Of a stretch of 64,000 nt of DNA, positions 20,799 through 29,620 are shown one piece after another; position 1 is the stretch's first letter, and each line of letters begins with the position of its first letter. Under the pieces are notes generated by a model, which saw only the letters and a program-made list of their open reading frames with translations, made no database searches and was not told where the DNA came from. The DNA lies in the NCBI GenBank assembly GCA_965208125.1, contig OZ242320.1, forward strand, positions 3,328,001 through 3,392,000, given 5' to 3'. Source of the stretch: Candidatus Latescibacterota bacterium. Lineage in GTDB: Bacteria > Latescibacterota > UBA2968. The position numbers and the translations under genes were made by a program.

Positions 20799-21452
20799 TC
20801 AGGTCCGCCTCGTCTTGCCAGCTTCCAGGTGTGCTGGTCGATAATAACGGGTTCCAGACGGAGGCGATTTAATTTGTGCCAGTAAATCTTCCAGGTGTTC
20901 TGGGCGGTTTTCAAAATCGACCTCCGATACATTGACTGCGAGTAGCGGTGCTATCGAATAATGAAAGAAAAACTGGTTATACGCTTCTAATAACTTGGAG
21001 ACGTAGTCTTTTGTTATCTCTCTTTCATATCCGCGTTCATGGAGTCTTATGCCCCGCATTAGATGATTGACTGTGGTTTGTAAATAAATCACCAGATCTG
21101 GACGGGGAAGTTTTTCGCTCAATGTTTCGGACAGTCGCTCATAGAGGGCAAATTCCGTATCATTGAGTGTCACGTTGGCGTAGATGCGATCTTTTTGAAA
21201 AATAAAATTGCTGATCACAGCTTCTTCAAACAAATCCATCTGGTGTAGTTCTTGTTGCTGTCGATAGCGGCTTAGCATAAAAAAGACCTGAGTTTGAAAG
21301 CCATATTGGTCAGGAGCCTCGTAGAACAAAGGCAAAAAGGGATTTTCTTCGGGTTCTTCAAGCATCAGGCGGGCATTTAGACGACGCCCCAGCAGACGGG
21401 CCAATCGCCTTTTCCCCACACCTGTTACTCCTTCAATAGCTATATATTGCAA
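20799..21452 (-). CDS. Deoxynucleoside kinase family protein
   Basis: IAIEGVTGVGK, ENPFLPLFY, PDLVIYL; typical folK-dNK-panB context. Confidence 0.85.
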   Translation of the reverse strand: MQYIAIEGVTGVGKRRLARLLGRRLNARLMLEEPEENPFLPLFYEAPDQYGFQTQVFFMLSRYRQQQELHQMDLFEEAVISNFIFQKDRIYANVTLNDTEFALYERLSETLSEKLPRPDLVIYLQTTVNHLMRGIRLHERGYEREITKDYVSKLLEAYNQFFFHYSIAPLLAVNVSEVDFENRPEHLEDLLAQIKSPPSGTRYYRPAHLEAGKTRRT

Positions 21453-21469
21453 TGCTAAATCCCCTGGTC

Positions 21470-21973
21470 TTATTTTTTCATGATCAAATTGAGACCTTCA
21501 ATTTTTCGCACGGGCAAATCCATGCCCAGGGAATCGGTCAAAAATTGAATTGATTGATCTAAAACGGGATGTTTGAGATCGGGTTTGAGATCGCAAAGCG
21601 GTATCAGGACGAATGCGCGCTCGTGCAGGTGTGGGTGTGGCACCTGTAAGCCCGGCTGATTGATGACGGTTTCGCCGTAAAATAAAATATCGAGGTCCAG
21701 GGTGCGCGGTCCCCACCGCGTCTGACGCACGCGACCAAATTCGCGCTCAATTGCCAGTAGGCAATTCAATAAACTTCGCGCAGAGAGACTGGTATGGACT
21801 TGCAGAACTGCGTTGAGAAAATACGGCTGGTCGATCACTCCGATCGGGGCGGTCTCATAGACCGCAGAGGCAGCGACAACGGCGATTTCGGGTTTTGCAT
21901 CCAGAATACCCGTCGCGTCCTGGAGCGTTTTTTCCCGATTTCCCAAATTCGCACCAATGCCAATGTAGGTCAC
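21470..21973 (-). CDS. folK: HPPK
   Basis: YIGIGANLG, YETAP, WGPRTLDLDIL, PHP..HERAFVL. Confidence 0.96.
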   Translation of the reverse strand: MTYIGIGANLGNREKTLQDATGILDAKPEIAVVAASAVYETAPIGVIDQPYFLNAVLQVHTSLSARSLLNCLLAIEREFGRVRQTRWGPRTLDLDILFYGETVINQPGLQVPHPHLHERAFVLIPLCDLKPDLKHPVLDQSIQFLTDSLGMDLPVRKIEGLNLIMKK

Positions 21974-22329
21974 GTTTCGCGCCTCACTTCAACTTCAACG
22001 CCATCGAAATTGACGGGGACCGGTGGATTGGGTTTTCGCACTCGCACGAGGAGTTTTGTCAATCCCAATTCTGACTGCAAAACATCAGCGATGCGGTCTG
22101 CCAGGGCTTCTACGAGGCCAAATCGCTCGCCTGTCACCACTTGCTCTACTACTTGACAGACGCGCGGATAATCTACGACCTGAGGCGTATTGTTGTGTGC
22201 AACCCCCCTGAAATCGCCATAGATTTCTACGTCAACTTCAAATTTTTGACCGAGTTTGGCCTCTTCTTCAAACAGGCCATGGTAGCCGTAAAAAGCCATA
22301 TTTTTTATTCTCAGTACGTCTTTTGCCAT
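21970..22329 (-). CDS. folB: Dihydroneopterin aldolase
   Basis: FYGYHG..EE..LGQKF, DY, LVEALA, RKP; start at ATG 22329. Confidence 0.93.
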   Translation of the reverse strand: MAKDVLRIKNMAFYGYHGLFEEEAKLGQKFEVDVEIYGDFRGVAHNNTPQVVDYPRVCQVVEQVVTGERFGLVEALADRIADVLQSELGLTKLLVRVRKPNPPVPVNFDGVEVEVRRET

Positions 22330-22355
22330 GGTGCTAATATTTACAATTCCATTTG

Positions 22356-23345
22356 TTAAGTCAAGGAGTTTGCTGTAAATGGTAAGGGGACCACTTCGGC
22401 CTCTGATCCGTCGTCCAGAATTACGCGTTGTCCTGCCTCGTGATAGCCCCGGCGGATGATGGCAAGGGCGATCACGCGATTGAAGTGGAGCGATTTCACG
22501 CATGTGGTTACCCGTCCGACGATTTTATCGTTGACTGTAATATTGCCACAAACAGGCGTATTGCCGCTCAATGATAAGCCCGTTAGATAGCGGCGGGGAC
22601 GTCCTCGAAAGTGCATTTTGGCGATTACTTCTTGCCCAATGTAGCATCCCTTGTCAAAATCGACTGCGCGATTCAATCCAGCTTCGAGGGGGACGACTGA
22701 CTCTTCGATCTCGGCGCCATAACGGGGAATACCGGCTTCAACCCGCAATATTTCTTCCACTTGCGATCCGATTGGCGTTCCTCCCGCTGTAACGAGTGCC
22801 CGCCGCAATGACTCGGCCTGGTCTTGAGCAATGCGGAGATCACAACCCGATTCGCCCGTGTATGACCGCGCCGTGATCCAAATAGGGGTGTCGTCAAATT
22901 CGCGTATAATCGTATGATGCTCGGGGAGGTCAACAGGTACGCGCCCGACAACCCGGCCGATCAACTCATAGGCCGCGGGACCCTGTACCCCAAAAATGGC
23001 CCAGGCGTCGGATTCGTCCGATAGTGCGACATCATCGGCGATCAGATAGCGGTCCAAAGTTTCAATTAACTTTGTCGCAAGTCCCGGTTCTGTTTCCATA
23101 TAGATACAATCTTGTAAGCGGTGGACCCAAATATCTAATAGCGTTTGTCCCCGCGCCGATGTGACTGCGGCATAATTGCCTTCATTTTCGGCGAGGGATT
23201 CAACGGTATTGGTCACCATGCCGTGCAAAAACCTCAGACAATCCGCGCCTTCTGCAAGCACTTTGCCCCGCTTACTGCGGTTGAATATCCCCGCGTTTTC
23301 TCGAACGGCGCAGTACTGTGTTTCCATATCTCGATGTGATGACAT
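22356..23345 (-). CDS. ygfZ: YgfZ/GcvT-like folate-binding protein
   Basis: KGCYIGQE signature, RVEAGIP, FLHGMVTN. Confidence 0.85.
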   Translation of the reverse strand: MSSHRDMETQYCAVRENAGIFNRSKRGKVLAEGADCLRFLHGMVTNTVESLAENEGNYAAVTSARGQTLLDIWVHRLQDCIYMETEPGLATKLIETLDRYLIADDVALSDESDAWAIFGVQGPAAYELIGRVVGRVPVDLPEHHTIIREFDDTPIWITARSYTGESGCDLRIAQDQAESLRRALVTAGGTPIGSQVEEILRVEAGIPRYGAEIEESVVPLEAGLNRAVDFDKGCYIGQEVIAKMHFRGRPRRYLTGLSLSGNTPVCGNITVNDKIVGRVTTCVKSLHFNRVIALAIIRRGYHEAGQRVILDDGSEAEVVPLPFTANSLT

Positions 23346-23445
23346 ATACTCTATCCTCCTATTGCCTAATTGGGGTAATATCTATATACTTTGAAAATGC
23401 CGTTTTTGTCAAAGGGTTCTCATTCTTATCATAAAGGAGATTCAG

Positions 23446-24414
23446 GTGAAGGCCATTCGCATATCGCAATACGGTGGTACAGAAGTTTTGAGTTTTGAGG
23501 ATGTTGACGTAGCAGATCCGGGCGAAGGACAAGTGCGGATTACCATAGATGCCGCGGGTGTGAACTTTATCGATACTTATCATCGCACAGGTCTCTATCC
23601 TCTGGATTTGCCGTTGACGCTGGGTCTGGAAGGCGCTGGCATCGTGAACGCGGTGGGCGCAGGGGTTTCGGATTTGACTGAGGGCGACCGCGTGGCATGG
23701 AAGAGTGTGGAGGGTTCTTATGCCGAGCAAGTTGTCGCAGACGAAGCCGAGGTGGTCAAAATTCCCTCAGATGTCGCCACCAAAACCGCAGCCGCAGTGA
23801 TGTTGCAAGGGCTGACCGCGCATTATCTGGTCAATAGTACCTATCCGGTTCGAGAAGGCGACACCTGCCTCATCCACGCAGCCGCAGGAGGCGTTGGTCT
23901 TTTGCTCGTACAGATGGCAAAAATGCGCGGGGCGCGGGTTATTGGCACGACATCTACCAGAGAAAAAGCGACTCTGGCACGGGGGGCAGGTGCCGATGAT
24001 ATTGTTCTTTATACCGAACGGGATTTTGAGACCGAAGTTTTGAATCTCACAGATGGTCAGGGCGTTGAAGTTGTTTACGATTCCGTTGCCAAAGCCACCT
24101 GGGAGAAGAGCATAAATTGTCTCAAACCGCGCGGTTATATGGTCTTTTTTGGCAATGCCAGCGGACCGGTTCCGCCAATTGATCCTCTGCTTCTGTCGCA
24201 AAGAGGGTCTATTTATCTCACGCGCCCGACTCTCAATAGCTACACGCAGACCCGCGAAGAATATCTCCAGCGCACCCGCGAGGTTATGGGCTGGATTCAA
24301 GACGGCGAACTGGATGTGCGTATTGGCGAAGAGCATTCTCTTGAAAATACGGCTGAAGCACATAACCGCCTCGAAGGTCGGCAGACTACGGGGAAAGTGC
24401 TGTTGATTCCGTAG
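23446..24414 (+). CDS. qor: NADPH:quinone oxidoreductase
   Basis: GVNFID, LQGLTAHYL, HAAAGGVG, FGNASG, GKVLL. Confidence 0.92.
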   Translation: MKAIRISQYGGTEVLSFEDVDVADPGEGQVRITIDAAGVNFIDTYHRTGLYPLDLPLTLGLEGAGIVNAVGAGVSDLTEGDRVAWKSVEGSYAEQVVADEAEVVKIPSDVATKTAAAVMLQGLTAHYLVNSTYPVREGDTCLIHAAAGGVGLLLVQMAKMRGARVIGTTSTREKATLARGAGADDIVLYTERDFETEVLNLTDGQGVEVVYDSVAKATWEKSINCLKPRGYMVFFGNASGPVPPIDPLLLSQRGSIYLTRPTLNSYTQTREEYLQRTREVMGWIQDGELDVRIGEEHSLENTAEAHNRLEGRQTTGKVLLIP

Positions 24415-24418
24415 TCGC

Positions 24419-24901
24419 ATGCGTATCGAGAACCACACCACGTTGATATTGCTCGTGAAGGACGATCCCATAACCCATGTTTTGCTCGGTTATAAAAAAC
24501 GCGGGTTTGGCGCAGGGAAATACACGGGTATTGGCGGAAAAATCGAGCCAGGCGAAACGGTGCGTGCAGCCGCTGTGCGCGAAATGCGTGAAGAAACAGG
24601 CGTTGTGATGTCGCCTCAGGACCTTGTGGATGCCGGGCATTTGACGTTTTATTTTCCCGCCCGTCCCAAATGGAGCCTCACGACCCGCATTTTTATTGGG
24701 CGCAGGTGGAAAGGTGAGCCAACGGAAACAGGGGAAATACGCCCTGTGTGGTTTGAAATTGATCACCTGCCCTTTGATACCATGTGGGATGATGCCACCT
24801 ACTGGTATCCATATGTGTTGGAGAATAAGTGCGTCAGGGCGACATTTACATTTTCCACTGACTGCAAAACCGTAGCGACCAGCCAGATTGAGATATGGTA
24901 G
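24419..24901 (+). CDS. NUDIX 8-oxo-dGTPase (MTH1-like)
   Basis: LLGYKKRGFGAG, Nudix box GGKIEPGET...REMREETG, MWDD..YW. Confidence 0.85.
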   Translation: MRIENHTTLILLVKDDPITHVLLGYKKRGFGAGKYTGIGGKIEPGETVRAAAVREMREETGVVMSPQDLVDAGHLTFYFPARPKWSLTTRIFIGRRWKGEPTETGEIRPVWFEIDHLPFDTMWDDATYWYPYVLENKCVRATFTFSTDCKTVATSQIEIW

Positions 24902-25027
24902 CTGGAATCGTTTTCAGTTGCCAAGACGTGCTGTGTGTTTTTTTCTTGACTCTTGTGGTAAAATCACTATATATCAGAACGTTTAATAAACAAAACTTAA
25001 TAACCCCTTTATTTTTTCTTTAATGAG

Positions 25028-25888
25028 GTGATTGCTTTGCCTATATTAGCCAAAGGTGTCTCCAAAGATGCACTGCATCACTACCTCGAAGATGTAGCTT
25101 CGTCTCAACCTCTGTCTTCCGCAGAGGAAGTTGAACTCGCTGTTCGCATTCGCAAGGGCGATCAGAAAGCGCGGGCAAAACTCATTGAAGCCAATCTGCG
25201 CTTTGTGATTACTGTGGCCTACGAATATCAAAATCAGGGTGTGCCACTCGTGGATCTCATCAGCGCGGGAAACGTCGGTTTGATCACAGCGGCAGAGCGT
25301 TTTGACGAGACGAGAGGGTTTAAGTTTATCTCTTATGCTGTTTGGTGGATTCGCCAATCTATTTTACAAACACTGGCGGAACACGCTCGGGTCGTGCGTC
25401 TTCCACTCAATCGCGTGGAATTGCTCAGACGTATATCTCGCTGTAAAAACAACCAGAAGCAAGAGCCTTCGACGCGCACTGCCGAAGAAGAAATTGCCGA
25501 AGAATTGGATATTCCGGTGGAGCAGGTTACGGATATTCTCACGAGTGGGCAGCGCACCTTGTCTCTCGATACGTCTCTTGGCGATGGGGAAAATAGCCTT
25601 CTCGAAATGATGCCCGATAACTCTCAAGAGTCGCCGGATGCAATGACGCTGCGAAATACCCTGAAAGATGAAATCTCAAGCGCTTTGAGCACCCTTGATG
25701 AACGCGAGCAAAAAGTTATCCGACTCTATTTTGGATTGGGCGGCGGCACAGAGATGACGCTTGAAGAAATTGGCAAGCAATTTCGCCTGACGCGCGAACG
25801 AATTCGGCAAATTAAAGAAAAAGCACTTCGAAAATTGCGCCATCCCACGCGCGGGCGAAAGCTGATGCCCTATGCGGAAGATGCGTGA
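25028..25888 (+). CDS. Sigma-70 family RpoD/SigA-like factor lacking region 1.1
   Basis: ANLRFV, DLISAGNVGL, GFKFISYAVWWIRQ, TLEEIG...TRERIRQI. Confidence 0.93.
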   Translation: MIALPILAKGVSKDALHHYLEDVASSQPLSSAEEVELAVRIRKGDQKARAKLIEANLRFVITVAYEYQNQGVPLVDLISAGNVGLITAAERFDETRGFKFISYAVWWIRQSILQTLAEHARVVRLPLNRVELLRRISRCKNNQKQEPSTRTAEEEIAEELDIPVEQVTDILTSGQRTLSLDTSLGDGENSLLEMMPDNSQESPDAMTLRNTLKDEISSALSTLDEREQKVIRLYFGLGGGTEMTLEEIGKQFRLTRERIRQIKEKALRKLRHPTRGRKLMPYAEDA

Positions 25889-25897
25889 ACCGAAACG

Positions 25898-27250
25898 CTA
25901 ATCTCTCAATTTTTCCACGCATTCTCGAAACCGCTCACCGCGCTCTTCATAATTGCGAAACTGGTCGTAACTCGCCGATGCTGGCGATAGCAATACCACA
26001 TCGCCAGCATCGGCGAGGCTTGTCGCGCAACCCATCGCTTCTTCCAAATTTTCTACGCGGTGAATATTGGTTTTCCCTTTTGCTGTTGCCGCAATTGCTT
26101 CCCCGGTTTTGCCCATCACAATCAGATGTGCGACCTTTTCCGCTATCGCCACCCCCAAATTTTCAAATGCAATGCCCTTATCGTAGCCGCCAGCGATCAG
26201 TACGATTGGCCTGTCAAATGCCATGAGCGCTGTCCGCGTGCGGTCGGGGCTCGTGGCTATTGAGTCGTTCACATAGAGAACGCCGTTCACTTCTGCTACC
26301 TGCTCCAATCTGTGCGGTACTCCCTGAAATGTCTGCAATACTTCGGCGATATTTTCTTCAGATACGCCGCTTATGACCGCTGCACCCGTGGCTGCCAGCG
26401 CGTTGGCGAGGTTGTGCCGACCGCGCAAAGATAGGGTATCTACAGAACAGACGGTTCGCGCTTCGCCTCCGATTGCGTGTTGAATTTTTCCCTCTCGGAC
26501 AAATACATCCCCTTCGCCTTCAACGGCAAATACCACCCGCTGCCCTGCGCCCGTCCAACGAGACACTTCGACATCTTCTCCGTTGACAATTGTCCAATCG
26601 CCTTTTGTCTGGTGCCTGACGATTTGTTGCTTGGCTTGTCGATACGCTTGTAGAGATCCGTGAATGTCGATGTGATTTGGCGCAAAATTGGTTATAACAG
26701 CGATGTGGGGACTCCACGGCAAATCGCCCAATCGGTCGAGTTGAAAGCTCGATAGTTCCAGTACGACGGGTACATCGGCGTGTAGCAGGTCCAATTCATC
26801 CAGCAGGGATCCTCCGATATTGCCGCCGATTTGCGTGCGTTTGTCTTTTTGCTTGAGCATTTCTCCTATGAGCGCAGTTGTCGTGGTTTTGCCACTGCTG
26901 CCCGTTATGCCGATTGTGGGCGCGGGACAGCGTGCGGCAAATAGGCAGATTTCCGATGTAATGGGTACGCCCGCAGATTCTGCGATTTTCAAGTATCGCG
27001 ATGACCGGGGTACCGCGGGGTTGGCGACAATTAAATCTGCGTTCCGAAAATCTGTTTCTTCGTGCCGACCCAGCTTAAAGGCGATGGGTAATCCATTCAG
27101 GGCACTTATCGAAGTGCGCAGGTCTTTTTCAGGGCGCAAGTCCGTCACTGTCACCACGGCGCCTTTGCGTACCAGAAAACGCACCGCTCCCACGCCTCCG
27201 CCAAATAATCCCAATCCCATTACTGTGACGCGCTGGCCTTTTAAGTTCAC
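25898..27250 (-). CDS. murD: UDP-MurNAc-L-Ala:D-Glu ligase
   Basis: GITGSSGKTTT, LELSSFQL, HRLE, NDSIAT, LLSPASASYDQF; GTG start at 27250 after GGAG. Confidence 0.93.
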   Translation of the reverse strand: MNLKGQRVTVMGLGLFGGGVGAVRFLVRKGAVVTVTDLRPEKDLRTSISALNGLPIAFKLGRHEETDFRNADLIVANPAVPRSSRYLKIAESAGVPITSEICLFAARCPAPTIGITGSSGKTTTTALIGEMLKQKDKRTQIGGNIGGSLLDELDLLHADVPVVLELSSFQLDRLGDLPWSPHIAVITNFAPNHIDIHGSLQAYRQAKQQIVRHQTKGDWTIVNGEDVEVSRWTGAGQRVVFAVEGEGDVFVREGKIQHAIGGEARTVCSVDTLSLRGRHNLANALAATGAAVISGVSEENIAEVLQTFQGVPHRLEQVAEVNGVLYVNDSIATSPDRTRTALMAFDRPIVLIAGGYDKGIAFENLGVAIAEKVAHLIVMGKTGEAIAATAKGKTNIHRVENLEEAMGCATSLADAGDVVLLSPASASYDQFRNYEERGERFRECVEKLRD

Positions 27251-27265
27251 GGGTAATCTCCAGTT

Positions 27266-27302
27266 GTCGATAGGTGCGGGTTTCAAACCCGCACCTATCG
27301 AC
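27266..27302. repeat. Perfect palindrome (REP-like) between moxR and murD
   Basis: GTCGATAGGTGCGGGTTT-C-AAACCCGCACCTATCGAC, 18 bp arms. Confidence 0.85.
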
Positions 27303-28288
27303 TATTCTTTTAACAATTGATCGATGAGATCGACCGGGGTGATGCCTTCTGCTTCGGCGTTGAAATTTGTGACGAGGCGATGGCGCAAGACGGGTTTGGC
27401 GACAAAAGATACGTCGTCGATAGAGGGTGCATAGCGTCCACTGAGTACGGCGCGCGCTTTGGCGCCCAGGATGAGGCATTGAGAGGCGCGCGGACCGGCG
27501 CCCCATCTGAGCATGTTGGCGATGGATGTGTCTGCGTTCTGAGGGCGGGTTTTGCGGACGAGATCTACCGCGTGATCTACGATGTGATCGGCTACTGGAA
27601 CTTTGCGGATGAGTTGCTGGAGGTTGCGAATTTGTTCGGCGTTGATTACGGGCTGCACGTCGTGGGTTTGGGCACCTGTGGTGGCTTTGACAATGGCGCG
27701 TTCTTCTTCCTGGGTGGGATAATCGATCCACAGGTTAAATATGAAGCGGTCGAGTTGGGCTTCGGGCAGGGGATAAGTGCCTTCCTGTTCGATGGGATTT
27801 TGGGTGGCTAAGACAAAGAATGGTTCTTCGAGGCGGAAGGTTCCTCCCCCGGCGGTGACTTCGTGTTCTTGCATGGCCTGTAATAAGGCGGCCTGAGTTT
27901 TGGGCGGGGTGCGGTTGATTTCATCGGCAAGGATGATGTTGGCAAATAAGGGACCTTTGACAAAGCGGAATGCTTTGTGTCCGGTGGTCTGGTCTTCTTC
28001 GAGGAGTTCTGTGCCCGTGATGTCTGAAGGCATGAGGTCGGGGGTAAATTGGATGCGGCTGAAAGACAGGTCGAGGGCGCGTGCGAGGGTGCTGATGAGG
28101 AGCGTTTTGGCCAGGCCGGGCACGCCGACGAGCAAACAATGGCCTCCGCAGAGGAGGGCGATGAGTAGCTGATCGACGATTTCTCGCTGGCCAATAATGA
28201 CTTTGCCAATTTCGGCGACGATCTGGTCATACGCGGTTTTTAATTGTTCAACGGCCTGGAGGTCTTCATGAGGTGATGCTTCGGGCAT
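27302..28288 (-). CDS. MoxR family AAA+ ATPase
   Basis: GVPGLAKT, RIQFTPDLMPSDITG, LADEINRTPPKTQAALL, ATQNPIEQEGTYPLPEAQLDRF. Confidence 0.95.
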   Translation of the reverse strand: MPEASPHEDLQAVEQLKTAYDQIVAEIGKVIIGQREIVDQLLIALLCGGHCLLVGVPGLAKTLLISTLARALDLSFSRIQFTPDLMPSDITGTELLEEDQTTGHKAFRFVKGPLFANIILADEINRTPPKTQAALLQAMQEHEVTAGGGTFRLEEPFFVLATQNPIEQEGTYPLPEAQLDRFIFNLWIDYPTQEEERAIVKATTGAQTHDVQPVINAEQIRNLQQLIRKVPVADHIVDHAVDLVRKTRPQNADTSIANMLRWGAGPRASQCLILGAKARAVLSGRYAPSIDDVSFVAKPVLRHRLVTNFNAEAEGITPVDLIDQLLKE

Positions 28289-28300
28289 GTTGTTCCTTTC

Positions 28301-29620
28301 TTATGTTTTGCGTTTTTCCTTTTTTGCCGCTGGGAAGAGAATATTGTTGAGTATGAGGCGATAGCCCGGCGAATTTTTGTGTAGTGCGAGTTGCGTGGGC
28401 GGGTCGTTGACAAAGTGCTGATAGTCTTCCGGGTCGTGTCCCGCATAAAATGTGAATGTGCCTTTGCCGATGTTGCCGTGGATGTATTTGACGTGGTCTG
28501 TGCCGGGTATGTCGCCCATGATGGTGACGGATTTTTTGATGCGACTTTTGCGAAAGGCCGTGGTTTGGCCCAAAAAGCCGGGGACGATGGGCGTGTGGTT
28601 TTGCGTGAGCATGGTGGGTACGGGATCGTATTTTGCCGAGAATTCAAATAGTGAAAAGGCATCGATATCGGCATTTTTTATCTGGCTTATTTCAATGGGC
28701 GACAGGTCGATGTCGGCGTGTTCGTATTCGAGGGGGTCCATAACGAGGTTGAAGTTTTCAAAGGCTACTGTACGCGAAAAGTCGAGTTTTTGACGCGCCT
28801 GTAGATCTGCAGGGTCGCCGTCGTAAACGCTATCGACGATGTCGATTCCGCGTGCGGCGAGGGCAATGTCAAAGGTGTCGGTGGCCGAGCACATGGCAAA
28901 GAGAAAGCCGCCCTGTGCGACGTAGTTGTAAATGGCCTGTGCAACCGCGCCTTTGAGGTGGGAGACTTTGGCAAAGCCCAATTTGCCAGCGAGGGCTTTG
29001 AATCCGGCCTGTTGTTGCCGGTACCAGAGGGTGTGGCCGTGGCTGCGATAAAATTTGCCGTACTGTCCCGTGAAGTCTTCGTGGTGCAGGTGCAGCCAGT
29101 CGAAGTTTTCGAGTTTGCCCATGAGAACTTCCTCGTCCCACAAGGTGGTGTAGGGAATTTCCGCATACGTGAGAGCCAGTGTGACGGCGTCGTCCCAGGG
29201 CTGTTTGTTCGGGGGGGTATAGACCGCGATGCGAGGTGCTTTTTCAAGGCGCATGCGGTTCATGTTGCCGGATTCAATATCGGCGTAGATGCGCGTGGCT
29301 TGCGCAGCTGAGATGGCCTGGAATGAGACGGCGCGTATTCGGGCTTCGCGCGCGATGGTTTCGTGGTTGTCGATGAGGAAGGAGCCGCCGCGGTAGTTGA
29401 GCAACCACTCGACGGGATGGCCCTGTTGCAATGCCCAATACGCAATGCCGTAGGCTTTGAGATGATCTGTTTGCGATACGTCCATGCGGATGAGTATTTT
29501 GCCGACGTTCGCGCTTCCGCCACCAATCGCCGCTGTGCAGGGAGATGATGTTGTTAGAATAAAAAGCAAGGTGAGAAGAGTGAAGTATGTGTGTCTTGCA
29601 TTTTGCCGTTTTAATGTCAT
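28301..29620 (-). CDS. Conserved secreted protein of FCB bacteria (often labelled asparagine synthetase B)
   Basis: Signal peptide; HLKAYG, WLLNYRGGSF, PWDDAVTLALTYAEIPY, WLHLHHEDFTGQYGKF, FAMCSATD, GHDPEDY. Confidence 0.65.
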   Translation of the reverse strand: MTLKRQNARHTYFTLLTLLFILTTSSPCTAAIGGGSANVGKILIRMDVSQTDHLKAYGIAYWALQQGHPVEWLLNYRGGSFLIDNHETIAREARIRAVSFQAISAAQATRIYADIESGNMNRMRLEKAPRIAVYTPPNKQPWDDAVTLALTYAEIPYTTLWDEEVLMGKLENFDWLHLHHEDFTGQYGKFYRSHGHTLWYRQQQAGFKALAGKLGFAKVSHLKGAVAQAIYNYVAQGGFLFAMCSATDTFDIALAARGIDIVDSVYDGDPADLQARQKLDFSRTVAFENFNLVMDPLEYEHADIDLSPIEISQIKNADIDAFSLFEFSAKYDPVPTMLTQNHTPIVPGFLGQTTAFRKSRIKKSVTIMGDIPGTDHVKYIHGNIGKGTFTFYAGHDPEDYQHFVNDPPTQLALHKNSPGYRLILNNILFPAAKKEKRKT

